Origin: Candidatus Woesearchaeota archaeon
Lineage (GTDB): Archaea > Nanobdellota > Nanobdellia > Woesearchaeales > GW2011-AR4
Length of the DNA: 64,000 nucleotides
Assembly: GCA_016185945.1 (NCBI GenBank)
Contig: JACPMR010000002.1
Span: 10,999-74,998 of the forward strand
Reading direction: 5' to 3'
The notes beneath the pieces were generated by a model. That model was not told the origin of the DNA and ran no database searches. It worked only from the letters and a program-made list of their open reading frames with translations. How positions within the stretch are numbered: position 1 is the first letter of the stretch; the number at the start of each line of letters is the position of its first letter. This document shows positions 29,831-39,420 of this stretch, piece after piece. The translations under genes were made by a program, and so were the position numbers.

Positions 29831-30541
29831 ATGGCTTACAAGCAAAGAATAGACGGAAGGGGCTTTGACGAGACAAGGCCTATAGAAGCGAAAGTTGGAG
29901 TGATTCAAAGGGCAGACGGCTCTGCAATGTTCAAGATAGGCAACACATGGGCATATGCTGCAGTGTACGGACCGAGAAACCTGCATCCTAAGTTTTTGCA
30001 GGACCCCCAAAGAGGAATTTTAAGATGCAACTATAACATGATGCCTTTTTCGAGCTCTGGCGAAAGGGTAAGGCCAGGCGGCTCAAGAAGATCAAAGGAA
30101 ATATCCCTTGTCACGGAAAAGGCGCTATTGCCTGTGCTTGACTTGGAGGAATTTCCTAATTCTGTGGTTGACGTCTTTATTGAATTGCCCCAGACAGAGG
30201 CTGGCTCAAGATGCGCTGGCATATGCGCTGCGTCAATGGCGCTGGCAGATGCAGGATTGAACATGAAGGATTTGGTTTGTGCAGTTTCTTTAGGAAGGGT
30301 TGACGACAAATTGCTTATTGACCTGGATTATTCGGAGGAGAGCTATAAAGACGGGCCAGTTGCAGACATTCCAATTGCAATGATGCCGAATTCCAGCAAG
30401 GTTACATTGCTGCAGATGGACGGCGAAATAAGCAAGGAAGAGCTGATGGAGCTGCTTGAAAAGAGCAGGAAAGTTTTGATGGATATTTACGAAGTCCAGA
30501 AAAGGGCATTGAAGGAAAAATATCACGAGGTTGAGGTATGA
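29831..30541 (+). CDS. rrp41: exosome complex exonuclease Rrp41 (RNase PH-like)
   Basis: RNase PH fold (RADGSAMFKIGNT). Confidence 0.88.
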   Translation: MAYKQRIDGRGFDETRPIEAKVGVIQRADGSAMFKIGNTWAYAAVYGPRNLHPKFLQDPQRGILRCNYNMMPFSSSGERVRPGGSRRSKEISLVTEKALLPVLDLEEFPNSVVDVFIELPQTEAGSRCAGICAASMALADAGLNMKDLVCAVSLGRVDDKLLIDLDYSEESYKDGPVADIPIAMMPNSSKVTLLQMDGEISKEELMELLEKSRKVLMDIYEVQKRALKEKYHEVEV

Positions 30542-31314
30542 TGCATAGGGAATTGAGAAATCACATAATCGGGCTTCTTAATGCTGACATAAGGCTTGAC
30601 GGAAGAAAGCTTACAGAGTACAGGAAGCCGATTGAAGTTGAATATGGAGTTGTAAAGACAGCAGAGGGCTCTGCAAGAGTCAAGATTGGCGAAACCGATG
30701 TCATTGTTGGAGTCAAACTTGATGTTGGCGAGCCGTACCCTGACACTCCTGATGAAGGCACAATTATTGTGGGAGCAGAATTATTGCCATTATCCAATCC
30801 AGAGTTTGAGCTTGGCCCGCCCGGGATTCAAGCGATTGAACTTGCAAGGGTTGTTGACAGGGGCATTCGGGAAAGCAAGGCGCTTGACTTCAAGAAGCTC
30901 TGCATCACCCCAAGCGAGAAGATATGGATGGTAATAATTGACATATGCCCGATAAATGATGCAGGCAATTTGTTTGATGCAGCGTCACTGGCTGCTCTTG
31001 CCGCCTTAAAGGACACAAAATATCCTGCATTTGACGGTGAGAAAATAGACTACAAGGCAAAGACGGACAAAAAGCTTGGGCTGGAAAAGATGCCGATAGC
31101 CGTGACTGTAATAAAAATCGGCAGCAAGTTCATTGTGGATCCTGACATAGAGGAGGAGAAGGCAATTGATGCAAGGCTGACGGTTTCCTCCATAGAAGAC
31201 GGCACTTTGTGCGCCATGCAGAAAGGCGGCGATTTTCCATTGTCAATCGAGGACATAGACAAGATGCTTGACATCGGGATTGAGAAGGCAAAGGAGTTGA
31301 GGAAGTATTTGTGA
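30538..31314 (+). CDS. rrp42: exosome complex subunit Rrp42
   Basis: RNase PH-like, inactive-type. Overlapping start with rrp41. Confidence 0.85.
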   Translation: MMHRELRNHIIGLLNADIRLDGRKLTEYRKPIEVEYGVVKTAEGSARVKIGETDVIVGVKLDVGEPYPDTPDEGTIIVGAELLPLSNPEFELGPPGIQAIELARVVDRGIRESKALDFKKLCITPSEKIWMVIIDICPINDAGNLFDAASLAALAALKDTKYPAFDGEKIDYKAKTDKKLGLEKMPIAVTVIKIGSKFIVDPDIEEEKAIDARLTVSSIEDGTLCAMQKGGDFPLSIEDIDKMLDIGIEKAKELRKYL

Positions 31315-31363
31315 TTGTTAAAACGAAAGATTTTTATAGTTTTATCACTTCTTAATAACTAAA

Positions 31364-31813
31364 ATGCAAAGGGTATTAAGATTGGAAGAAGCTGTTGTAG
31401 TATTGTTCAATCGAATGCATGGCACAGAAATATGGGATTTGATGTTGGATGAAGTTGAAAGATTTAATGAACGACGAGTTTTGGAAGGACCACTCCCCCT
31501 ATATATTCTTGGTACCCAACTATTAAAGTCTATTTATAAATTATCAATTCCGCTAGAGATACCAAAAAGTGACTATCAAGCTCTTGCTGAACTCACAGAT
31601 CCGTTAGGTTTTCACATTATTGGAGTGGCTGGAAAAGAAGTCTATCTGCAATTTCTAGAGGCGATCGGAGAGACAGCACAAGGAATATATCAATCAACAA
31701 GAAGTATGCAAATTACAATGGCCGAACAGTTAGCAGCTAGAACATTGACTACACATCCGTTAGCCCCGGTGGTTAATTTGCAACAATACCGACAAAAAAG
31801 GGCTAATCAATGA
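31364..31813 (+). CDS. hypothetical protein inserted after rrp42
   Basis: 149-aa ORF with locally higher GC. No motifs. Confidence 0.4.
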   Translation: MQRVLRLEEAVVVLFNRMHGTEIWDLMLDEVERFNERRVLEGPLPLYILGTQLLKSIYKLSIPLEIPKSDYQALAELTDPLGFHIIGVAGKEVYLQFLEAIGETAQGIYQSTRSMQITMAEQLAARTLTTHPLAPVVNLQQYRQKRANQ

Positions 31814-31820
31814 CTAAAAA

Positions 31821-32093
31821 ATGCAATCCCTTGAACAAAAACTCCAAAAATATTTTGAGCTTACTTCAAAAGCTCTTAAAAAAGTAAAAATCGTCGAGAA
31901 GCATAGGAAACAAGCAGAAGATATTCTTGACTTGGCAAAAAGATATTTTGATGACGCAAAATATTTTGAGAAGAAAGGCGATTTAGTAAATGCTTTTGGC
32001 GCAGTTGTCTATTCACATGCTTTTCTTGATGCAGGAGCCAGATTGGGGTTCTTTGACGTAGGGAAAGATAATGAGTTGTTTATGGTGGATTAA
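31821..32093 (+). CDS. DUF357-like small archaeal protein
   Basis: 90 aa. Helical. Confidence 0.45.
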   Translation: MQSLEQKLQKYFELTSKALKKVKIVEKHRKQAEDILDLAKRYFDDAKYFEKKGDLVNAFGAVVYSHAFLDAGARLGFFDVGKDNELFMVD

Positions 32094-32485
32094 CCCGCAA
32101 AAGGGAATATAAACAGCCATACAACATTTGCAATTACAAGAAACATACCGAGCCCCGGAATAATTGAAGGGTTCTGCAAATAAGGCACCAGGTAAGTTGT
32201 AATGTAGGGAATGTTCCAACCGGAGAAAAATGATATAAAAGTAAGTGAAATTACTAGATCAACAATGTTGTGCAGAATTGCCCCTCCTACAAAGAAGAAA
32301 TGCCTTGCCAAATCAGAAAATTCATTTACAATGTCCAAGAGGATAAAGATTATAAAAATAATAAAAACAAGAACATAGACAAAGTTCGGCAGCTTCAATG
32401 TGAAGAATTTCCCCGTGTAACCAAGAAGTAGAAGCCCGCATGCAATGCCTACAATTGCATCTTCTGCCTCGAATATTCCTTTCAT
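32090..32485 (-). CDS. integral membrane protein, hypothetical
   Basis: 131 aa with 3-4 hydrophobic helices. Confidence 0.5.
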   Translation of the reverse strand: MKGIFEAEDAIVGIACGLLLLGYTGKFFTLKLPNFVYVLVFIIFIIFILLDIVNEFSDLARHFFFVGGAILHNIVDLVISLTFISFFSGWNIPYITTYLVPYLQNPSIIPGLGMFLVIANVVWLFIFPFAG

Positions 32486-32526
32486 CGAGAATTTTATGAA
32501 ATAACTTGTTTATAAAGATTATTAAA

Positions 32527-32904
32527 TTATTTCCTTCCAAAATAAAAGAACTTGTCTATGCTCACATCATCCGGCTGATAATCTCCGTATCTTGGCTTTA
32601 TGGGCTCTGAGTTTTTTGCAGCTCCGCTTTGGAATTCTTCCTTTCTTTCATCTTCAGGTCTGCAGTCAACAATTCCCACCTCTTTTTTTGGTTTGATACT
32701 CGGCTCTTCTATGAGTTTTTTCTGGACAGAATGTTGGGGCTGGAATTGCAATCTAGAAATCTGGCTTTTCAATGAGCCAATCTCGCTGTTCAAGGAAACA
32801 ACATACTCCTTTAATGCTTGAATCTCCTGCTGCAGCTTCTTTGTCGCCATCTCAATCATTAACTCAAATCTTTTCTGAGTGAAAGCATCAAGCTGTTGTT
32901 CCAT
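32527..32904 (-). CDS. coiled-coil protein, hypothetical
   Basis: 125 aa. N-terminal heptads. Confidence 0.4.
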   Translation of the reverse strand: MEQQLDAFTQKRFELMIEMATKKLQQEIQALKEYVVSLNSEIGSLKSQISRLQFQPQHSVQKKLIEEPSIKPKKEVGIVDCRPEDERKEEFQSGAAKNSEPIKPRYGDYQPDDVSIDKFFYFGRK

Positions 32905-32943
32905 TTTTGTTAACCTTTTGATAACCTTATTTATTTAAATATA

Positions 32944-33146
32944 TTCAATCCGTTGCTTCGCAACAATATTTAGTGCTCACCCTCACTTTTCTGCCAGTGG
33001 CATGCGAGGCTCGCGAAGAGACTCGCTCGCCAGTCACCCGTTCGGGCTCGCCTATCATTCAATAACAAAATCAAAAGCTGGTCTCCTTCATCGCTTGGGG
33101 AATCTAAAGGAAGCTCTCGTGATTGTTTTGAATTAGTTTATTGTTA
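32944..33146 (+). repeat. element copy D (subfamily-2 3' end plus the internal module)
   Basis: ttcaatccg GTTGC-TTCG-GCAAC. Same internal module as B with gtggc in place of gtgac. Confidence 0.6.
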
Positions 33147-33201
33147 TTATTTAATTGTATTTTATATTTACCTCTAATTCTTGGTATATGAAATCAAAAA
33201 A

Positions 33202-33963
33202 TTAAAAGCTAGATAGTTTGTTGCCGAAGTTTTCCCTTATGAACTGCACCATCATGTCGTTGCCTGCTAAAGAGTATGCCTTTAGTGCAGTTGCAAGCAG
33301 CCCTTCCCTCAAGCAGACATCTCCAAGTCCACTTAATTTTTCCTTGTCGTGTGCCAGCTCATACGCCTTTGCAGCATATCCAATCTGCCTTTCCCTCAGG
33401 CATTTGTCGCCAATCTCTACAAGTTTGTGGGGCAAGTTGATTGCGCTGAAAATCTCAATGGCATAGTCCCATTTGCCTTTCTGGAAGCATTCATCTCCTA
33501 CTTTTGCAAGGCTTTCAACGTTATTGCAAAGCCTAAATGCTTTTATTGCATCTGCAAAATGCCCATTTTCCAGGCATTTCCTGCCGATTTTCAAAAGCTG
33601 CTCGTTTGCATCCGCTAATCTGTAAGTGTCAATTGCATTGCCGAATAGCCCGACTTCTTCATAATGCTCGCCGACTTCAACCAATCTTTGCCTGTTGCCT
33701 GCAAGAATGAATGCCTTCACAGCATCGTTCATGTTGCCTCTCCTTGTGTACTCTTCCCCAAGGGCATTCAAAAGCTTTGATTTTGTTCCTTCATCAAACA
33801 TCGAAAGGTTGACATTGTCTATACCTTTCTCCAAAAGAACCGGCACAATTCTCTTGAAATTTTCAATATCCTGTGGATGGCTCATGAACTTCTCATTAGA
33901 ATCCGCAATTTCAGCCACCATCTTTTTGACTATTTTGTCTTCGTCTACTGACATTAGTATCAC
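33202..33963 (-). CDS. tandem-repeat helical protein (six ~29-aa repeats, consensus xxAIKAFxLAxxxExLxKxGDxCLxxG)
   Basis: Internal periodicity read from the translation. Confidence 0.5.
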   Translation of the reverse strand: MILMSVDEDKIVKKMVAEIADSNEKFMSHPQDIENFKRIVPVLLEKGIDNVNLSMFDEGTKSKLLNALGEEYTRRGNMNDAVKAFILAGNRQRLVEVGEHYEEVGLFGNAIDTYRLADANEQLLKIGRKCLENGHFADAIKAFRLCNNVESLAKVGDECFQKGKWDYAIEIFSAINLPHKLVEIGDKCLRERQIGYAAKAYELAHDKEKLSGLGDVCLREGLLATALKAYSLAGNDMMVQFIRENFGNKLSSF

Positions 33964-33978
33964 CTTTTTTAATTGTGT

Positions 33979-34212
33979 TTATTCAAACGCTAGCGAAAGT
34001 TTCAGTTTGGCAAACTCTGAGATGAATTTTTCTTTTTCCTCGGCAAGTTTCATGCCCATTGCTTCTTTTAGATGTTCCACAACCCATCGGTCTAACTCTA
34101 TAATCACTTTTCCCTGACCAAAACTAGCAGGTATCGCTGAAAAAATTTTTACGCCTTTGTTAGGCTGATTAAAAGTGAGCCTAAATTCACTTTTATTAAA
34201 AAGGGGTATCAT
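33979..34212 (-). CDS. small hypothetical protein immediately downstream of ftsZ
   Basis: 77-aa ORF, co-oriented, 30-nt gap to ftsZ. Confidence 0.35.
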   Translation of the reverse strand: MIPLFNKSEFRLTFNQPNKGVKIFSAIPASFGQGKVIIELDRWVVEHLKEAMGMKLAEEKEKFISEFAKLKLSLAFE

Positions 34213-34242
34213 TTTTGCCTCAATAAAAATAAAAAATAAAGA

Positions 34243-35322
34243 TTACTCCGTAAAGTAGTCAATTCCAAGCTCGTCGCTGAATCTTTTGGCTTCAATGACT
34301 CTTGACTTCTTGTCCGCTTTGCCGAGTATCCATGGAGAGTTGACTCCTGTGATAATTGTCATAACAGCAACCTTTCCTTTCATGCTGTCTGAGACTCTTG
34401 CTCCCCAGATTACATTTGCGTCATGGTCCAAGCTTTCTGTCACCAGCTCGCCGATTTTGTTGACCTCGTCAAGTGTCATGTCAGGCCCGCCTTCAACATG
34501 AATTAAGGCTCCTGTTGCACCCTTGTAGCTAATCTCAAGCAGAGGATTGCTTAATGCTCCTTTTACAGCTTCTTCCACTCTGTTTGTTGTGTCAGAAACT
34601 CCAACTCCTATTGCTGCAACTCCACCATCCTGCATTATGGCTTTTACATCAGCATAGTCTAGATTAACCAATGATGGCACTGCAATTGTCTCCACTATTC
34701 CCCTTATCATTGTTGCCACAAGCTCGTTTGCAACTGCAAATGCCTGCTGAACCGGCAGATTGCCTGCGATGTTAACAAGGCGATTGTTGTCAATCACGAT
34801 AACTGTATCTGAGGTTTGCCTTAATTGCTGCAATCCGAATTCTGCCTTGTCTATTCTTGCCCTTTCAATCTTGAAAGGCATTGTCACTGTGCCGATTACA
34901 ATTGCGCCTGAGTCCTTTGCAACCTGCGCTACAACTGGAGATGCGCCTGTTCCTGTGCCGCCTCCCATTCCAGCGCATACAAAGACCATGTCAGAGCCTT
35001 TCAGGACTTCCTTGATTTCCTGTATGTTTTCCTGAGCTGCCTTGTTTCCCTTGTCCGGGAATCCTCCGCAGCCAAGCCCTCTTGTAAGCTCTCTTCCGAT
35101 TAGAAATCTCTTGTCAGATTCTGTGATTTCCAGATGCTGCTTGTCTGTGTTGCAGGCAATAATCTCAGCTCCCCTTATTCCTTTCCTGTAGAGCCAGCTC
35201 ACCATGTTGCTGCCTGCTCCTCCGCAGCCGATAACCTTTATGTTGGCATGCCCAACCTGCAAGTCCTCTTTTTGCGCAACGCCTTGCTTAAGCGCGCTTT
35301 CAATTACAAAATCCATTCCCAT
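34243..35322 (-). CDS. ftsZ: cell division GTPase FtsZ
   Basis: Tubulin signature GGGTGTG. 359 aa. Confidence 0.93.
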   Translation of the reverse strand: MGMDFVIESALKQGVAQKEDLQVGHANIKVIGCGGAGSNMVSWLYRKGIRGAEIIACNTDKQHLEITESDKRFLIGRELTRGLGCGGFPDKGNKAAQENIQEIKEVLKGSDMVFVCAGMGGGTGTGASPVVAQVAKDSGAIVIGTVTMPFKIERARIDKAEFGLQQLRQTSDTVIVIDNNRLVNIAGNLPVQQAFAVANELVATMIRGIVETIAVPSLVNLDYADVKAIMQDGGVAAIGVGVSDTTNRVEEAVKGALSNPLLEISYKGATGALIHVEGGPDMTLDEVNKIGELVTESLDHDANVIWGARVSDSMKGKVAVMTIITGVNSPWILGKADKKSRVIEAKRFSDELGIDYFTE

Positions 35323-35617
35323 CCTTATTCACCTCAGATTTTTTTGTCTAATTAAAAATTGGAGTATAACCAGATATGAACTAGTATATAAATATTACTA
35401 TTTTGTATACTGGTATAGTTTTTCAAAATTTAAGGAATCCCAATTTTTTTCTATATTGAAAGATAATAAAGGGGTTTATAAATGAATAGTAGTTCATTAG
35501 GAAGTGGTGAAAAGTTTTATATTTTGAAGAAGATTTCGGTCAGAAGATAAGATAATATCAAACTAGAAACGGTTCTTATCGGTGGGTATTCGGTGTCAAG
35601 TAGTGATTAAAAACAAT

Positions 35618-35956
35618 TCAATAATCAAACCTTGGATCCATAGAATCTTTAATCAAATCATTCTCGTCTTTGTACTTCTTGACATGCATCAATCTTGTCT
35701 TGCCGCAGTATGGGCACCTTAATTCTTTAGGAGAACCTTTTCTTACGGAGAACTTGAATCTGCAGTTTACGCAGATAAAGTCAACTTTCTGCCCTTCATC
35801 GGCTTTTTCAATGCTCAGCTTTTCTTTCTTCTCTATTTTCTGCTGCTTTTCAAGGCAGTTTATGCAAATAATCCTGTTGTCAGAGTCGTATTTGATATGG
35901 TCGAAGTCAAACTCGTTCCTGCAACGAGAGCACGTATACATTGTAGTTAGAGGCAT
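35618..35956 (-). CDS. double zinc-ribbon protein, hypothetical
   Basis: CSRC...CINC and CVNC...CPYC. Confidence 0.5.
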   Translation of the reverse strand: MPLTTMYTCSRCRNEFDFDHIKYDSDNRIICINCLEKQQKIEKKEKLSIEKADEGQKVDFICVNCRFKFSVRKGSPKELRCPYCGKTRLMHVKKYKDENDLIKDSMDPRFDY

Positions 35957-36090
35957 TTTAACTCTAAACTTAATTCATTATTTTAGAATTATAAATAATT
36001 TTTGGTTTTTGTAAAGTAAGTTCTAGATTTTTTGATTTAATTTTTAATGTGTTTTTATTGAGTTTTTATTTTATCTTAATGTTGTATTAA

Positions 36091-37629
36091 CTATTTCCTA
36101 ACCTTTCCTTTCTCAATCTCCTCTGCAATATGCTCTATCTCGTGCATATTAGTCAATTCGTGCTTCTCTTTTTTTGGCGAAATATTTTTATCAATATACT
36201 TCAACAATCTTTTTTTGTAAGCCTCTGCTTCTTTTTTGTCGATTGTTTTCTGTTTTTTTGGTTTTATTTTAGTTAGTGTTTGCTTTATTTTTTCCTTTGC
36301 CTTTCTGTATTTTCCAATAACCTCGTAGACAAGCCCTTCGCTTGGCCTTATTGTGAGATATTTCTTGAAGAAAGAATGCCCTACATCTAATTCTATCAAC
36401 CTTGCCTCCTTCAGAGTTGGAAGTAGCGTAAGCGATGCAATCAATCTCAAAATTCCAGAAATTAAAAACACAATAGGGATGCTAGAAATAAAAATCCATG
36501 CAGGCAGTTTGCCTATCAGAAATCCTCCGAGCAAAGCGCCTGCGAAGGTTGCAATGCCTTCAAAGAACTTGTAGTATGCTATGCATCTTACCCTGTTTTC
36601 CGGCTTCACCGAATCAAATATAAAATTGGAGGAGCTTAAATTGAAACCAGCCCATGCAATGCCCGAGAATATTTCAATTGCAATCAAATAATAAAGATTA
36701 GAGGAAAAAAGCCAGAGCAATGGCACAATTGGAGTTAGCATGCCTGTAACATACAAAACAAGTTTTGTGCCTCGAGTATCGATAAGATTGCCCCAAATGC
36801 CAAGTGCCAAGAAACTCGCAATCATCTCTGCCGCAAGTATAAAAGTGAACTGTAAGTAACTCAATCCCAAGTCTTTTAGCATGTATACGGCAAAAAACGG
36901 CGCTGCTATGTTTACAGCAAACTTAAACAAGGTTATGTAAATGACAAAATGCCCGTAATTGGTTTTGTCCATTCTCTTTACAAAATCAATAAGAGAGAAC
37001 TTTTCTGCATGCTCCAAATCAGGAGGGAGATTATGCATCATGCCCTTAAAAATACCAGAAACCAATCTTGCGAAAAATGCTACTGAGAAAAGTATAGTAA
37101 AGCCGAGGAAAGGGTGCTTTGGCGAGAAATGGTTTAAAATAAAGCCGGCAATCAGCGCAGCAACAAATGAAGTTGCTCCAACAATTCTATTGCGAAGCCC
37201 AAAAAACCTGCCCCTTTCATACTTTGGCACTAAGTCGCCCATTAAGGAGTTCCAAACGGGGTTGATTAATTGCGCAAAGATTGTCTGCAAGGTAACATAA
37301 ACTATTAACAAATATTTCTGGCTTGGAGTTACGTATGGGATAAGCAAGAGCGGAATCCATAAAATTGCATGAAAAAAAGAGCTTGCAACAAGTATTTTTC
37401 TCCTGTCCTTTAAAATCTCGACAAGCTTTGTTGCGAAAAGCTGGATAAATGCGCCTACTAATTGAGGAACATAAGTTAAAGCTGCAATCAAATTAACAGA
37501 CGCGTTTAACGCAACAGCAAAAGGTGTAAGGAAAGAAGCGGTAAAGCCGTCCATTACTGCAAAAGCTGCTCCATCATAAATTGAATACCTCAAACTCTTT
37601 TTGATATTATCTTCTGTCATTTTAATCAC
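36091..37629 (-). CDS. MFS transporter with C-terminal K/E-rich tail
   Basis: 12 TM pattern. 512 aa. Confidence 0.7.
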   Translation of the reverse strand: MIKMTEDNIKKSLRYSIYDGAAFAVMDGFTASFLTPFAVALNASVNLIAALTYVPQLVGAFIQLFATKLVEILKDRRKILVASSFFHAILWIPLLLIPYVTPSQKYLLIVYVTLQTIFAQLINPVWNSLMGDLVPKYERGRFFGLRNRIVGATSFVAALIAGFILNHFSPKHPFLGFTILFSVAFFARLVSGIFKGMMHNLPPDLEHAEKFSLIDFVKRMDKTNYGHFVIYITLFKFAVNIAAPFFAVYMLKDLGLSYLQFTFILAAEMIASFLALGIWGNLIDTRGTKLVLYVTGMLTPIVPLLWLFSSNLYYLIAIEIFSGIAWAGFNLSSSNFIFDSVKPENRVRCIAYYKFFEGIATFAGALLGGFLIGKLPAWIFISSIPIVFLISGILRLIASLTLLPTLKEARLIELDVGHSFFKKYLTIRPSEGLVYEVIGKYRKAKEKIKQTLTKIKPKKQKTIDKKEAEAYKKRLLKYIDKNISPKKEKHELTNMHEIEHIAEEIEKGKVRK

Positions 37630-37872
37630 TCAAAAAAGAGAGAACTAGCAAAAATCATTCATATTTAAATTCGCTTCTTTTTTCAATGTCATTTTTGTAT
37701 TAATGTTTCTCCGCATTCGGGGCAATACCGCTCCTCTGAACCAATTTCTGCTCCGCATAAAGGGCATTCAAGCGCTTGTTTCATAATAAATTATTTTATA
37801 AAACAAGTATTTAAAGTTAGCGATTAAAATTCCAAAAATATACTTAAACTACATAAAATTTCAACAATAAAA

Positions 37873-38043
37873 ATATTTCAAACAACTTCGCTTCCCAGCA
37901 TCTGCAAAGGTTAGTGGGAGCCCAGCTCAGGAATTTTTGCCTATCCATTTCAAATATATAGGCGCCGAGGGGGAGCACAAAATAATGCAACTTTAACATC
38001 TAAATGCCGAGGCGCACTAGAATTCGCCGAAGGCGAATTGAAA
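37873..38043 (-). repeat. element copy E (subfamily 1, reverse orientation)
   Basis: Reverse complement reads ttcaattcg CGCC-TTCG-GCG ... cctatatatttg ... ttcctgagctgggctccca ... tgggaagcgaagtt. Confidence 0.6.
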
Positions 38044-38473
38044 TTTTAAGATTATAAAAGATTAAAAACAAAATCAATAAGTTGATAGAGCAGATTGAAT
38101 CAAAGATTTAAAATCATAAGAAAATCTTAAAATAAATTTATAAAAAAGCCACCCCCAACACCAAGCTGGGGGCAACCACACACAAAGAGGTTTTGAGTCA
38201 AAAGAGGGTTACTGACTCTTTGCCTATGCTTATAAATTATTCATCACCTTTAACTTATCACCTCCGATTTTTTAATCGCCTTCCAAACCAATGAAAATAA
38301 AAAGCACCTCATAAAGAGGTGCCACACACTTGGAGATGTTTTGATGATATCTAGGCAATAGCTTAAACGAGGGTTTATAAATACCCTGTGAAAGGCTGTT
38401 AGAGAGAAAACCTACAGAACTATCTTTCATAAGCTTTTTAAATGGATGTTTTTAAGCTGCCTGTGTGGGTTAA

Positions 38474-39208
38474 GTGGTAAAGCTCGTATATTCTCCGCAA
38501 TGGTTTTATGGAAAGGACATATTGATTGATTTAGTTAGCATTTTTGTTCTGTGTATGATAGCGCTGTTCAGCATAAAATCATATAAAATCAGGAAAAACA
38601 GGAATTACTTGTATTTGGCACTATCGTTTGGGCTTTTAGCTGTGTCTTTCTTGTTTAAGATATTAATGAATTTTAACATTTATTTTAAGTTTCTTGAAAA
38701 AAGTCAGCTTGGAGCAATAACAGAAACCTACCACGCAATGAGGGCGTCAAATTCTATCTTTCCAATATCATTCTTGTTTTACTGGCTTTTGACTCTTTTT
38801 GCCGTCTATGTGCTTTATTCCATATATGAAAAGCAGTCGATATCAAATCACCTGCTTAATATTTATCTTATATTCGTATCAACTTATCTTAGCTATCCCG
38901 ATTATTACGTATTCCACATCACGCTTTTGGTTCTGCTGGCTTTGGTAACCTTTGTTTATTCAAGAAAGTATTTAAACACAAAACATTTTGCTACTAAACT
39001 AGCGGCATACAGCTTCGGCATAATTGCAGCAAGCCAGATATTTTTTATATTAGTGAACATAAGCAATTACTTTTATGTGGTAGGCGAGCTTGTTCAATTG
39101 ATTGGGTATGCTGTTTTGCTCTCCACTTTTATCATGGTGCTAAAGTATGGCAGAACGAAGGACACGCACAGACATAATAGGCGATATGCTTACTTCTATA
39201 CTAGATAA
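38474..39208 (+). CDS. polytopic membrane protein, hypothetical
   Basis: 244 aa with ~7 hydrophobic helices. Confidence 0.5.
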   Translation: MVKLVYSPQWFYGKDILIDLVSIFVLCMIALFSIKSYKIRKNRNYLYLALSFGLLAVSFLFKILMNFNIYFKFLEKSQLGAITETYHAMRASNSIFPISFLFYWLLTLFAVYVLYSIYEKQSISNHLLNIYLIFVSTYLSYPDYYVFHITLLVLLALVTFVYSRKYLNTKHFATKLAAYSFGIIAASQIFFILVNISNYFYVVGELVQLIGYAVLLSTFIMVLKYGRTKDTHRHNRRYAYFYTR

Positions 39209-39419
39209 AGGAGGGAAAATCAAGCCAACCCACCTTATGTATAAGTCGAATCTTGCCCATAGCCAGATGATTGGCTACCTTAATGAGCTCATTGAAAAGG
39301 ATTTGGTAAAGAAGGTAAAGACAGAAAAGGGCGAAGTTATAACCATAACCGACAAAGGATGCGAGTTAGTGAAGAAACTGAAAGAGATTAAAGAGTTTGA
39401 GAAGGCGTTTGGGCTGTAG
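39147..39419 (+). CDS. small winged-helix DNA-binding protein (start probably an internal Met)
   Basis: 90 aa, helix-turn-helix-like. Overlaps the upstream ORF end by ~60 nt in another frame. Confidence 0.4.
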   Translation: MAERRTRTDIIGDMLTSILDKGGKIKPTHLMYKSNLAHSQMIGYLNELIEKDLVKKVKTEKGEVITITDKGCELVKKLKEIKEFEKAFGL

Positions 39420-39420
39420 T

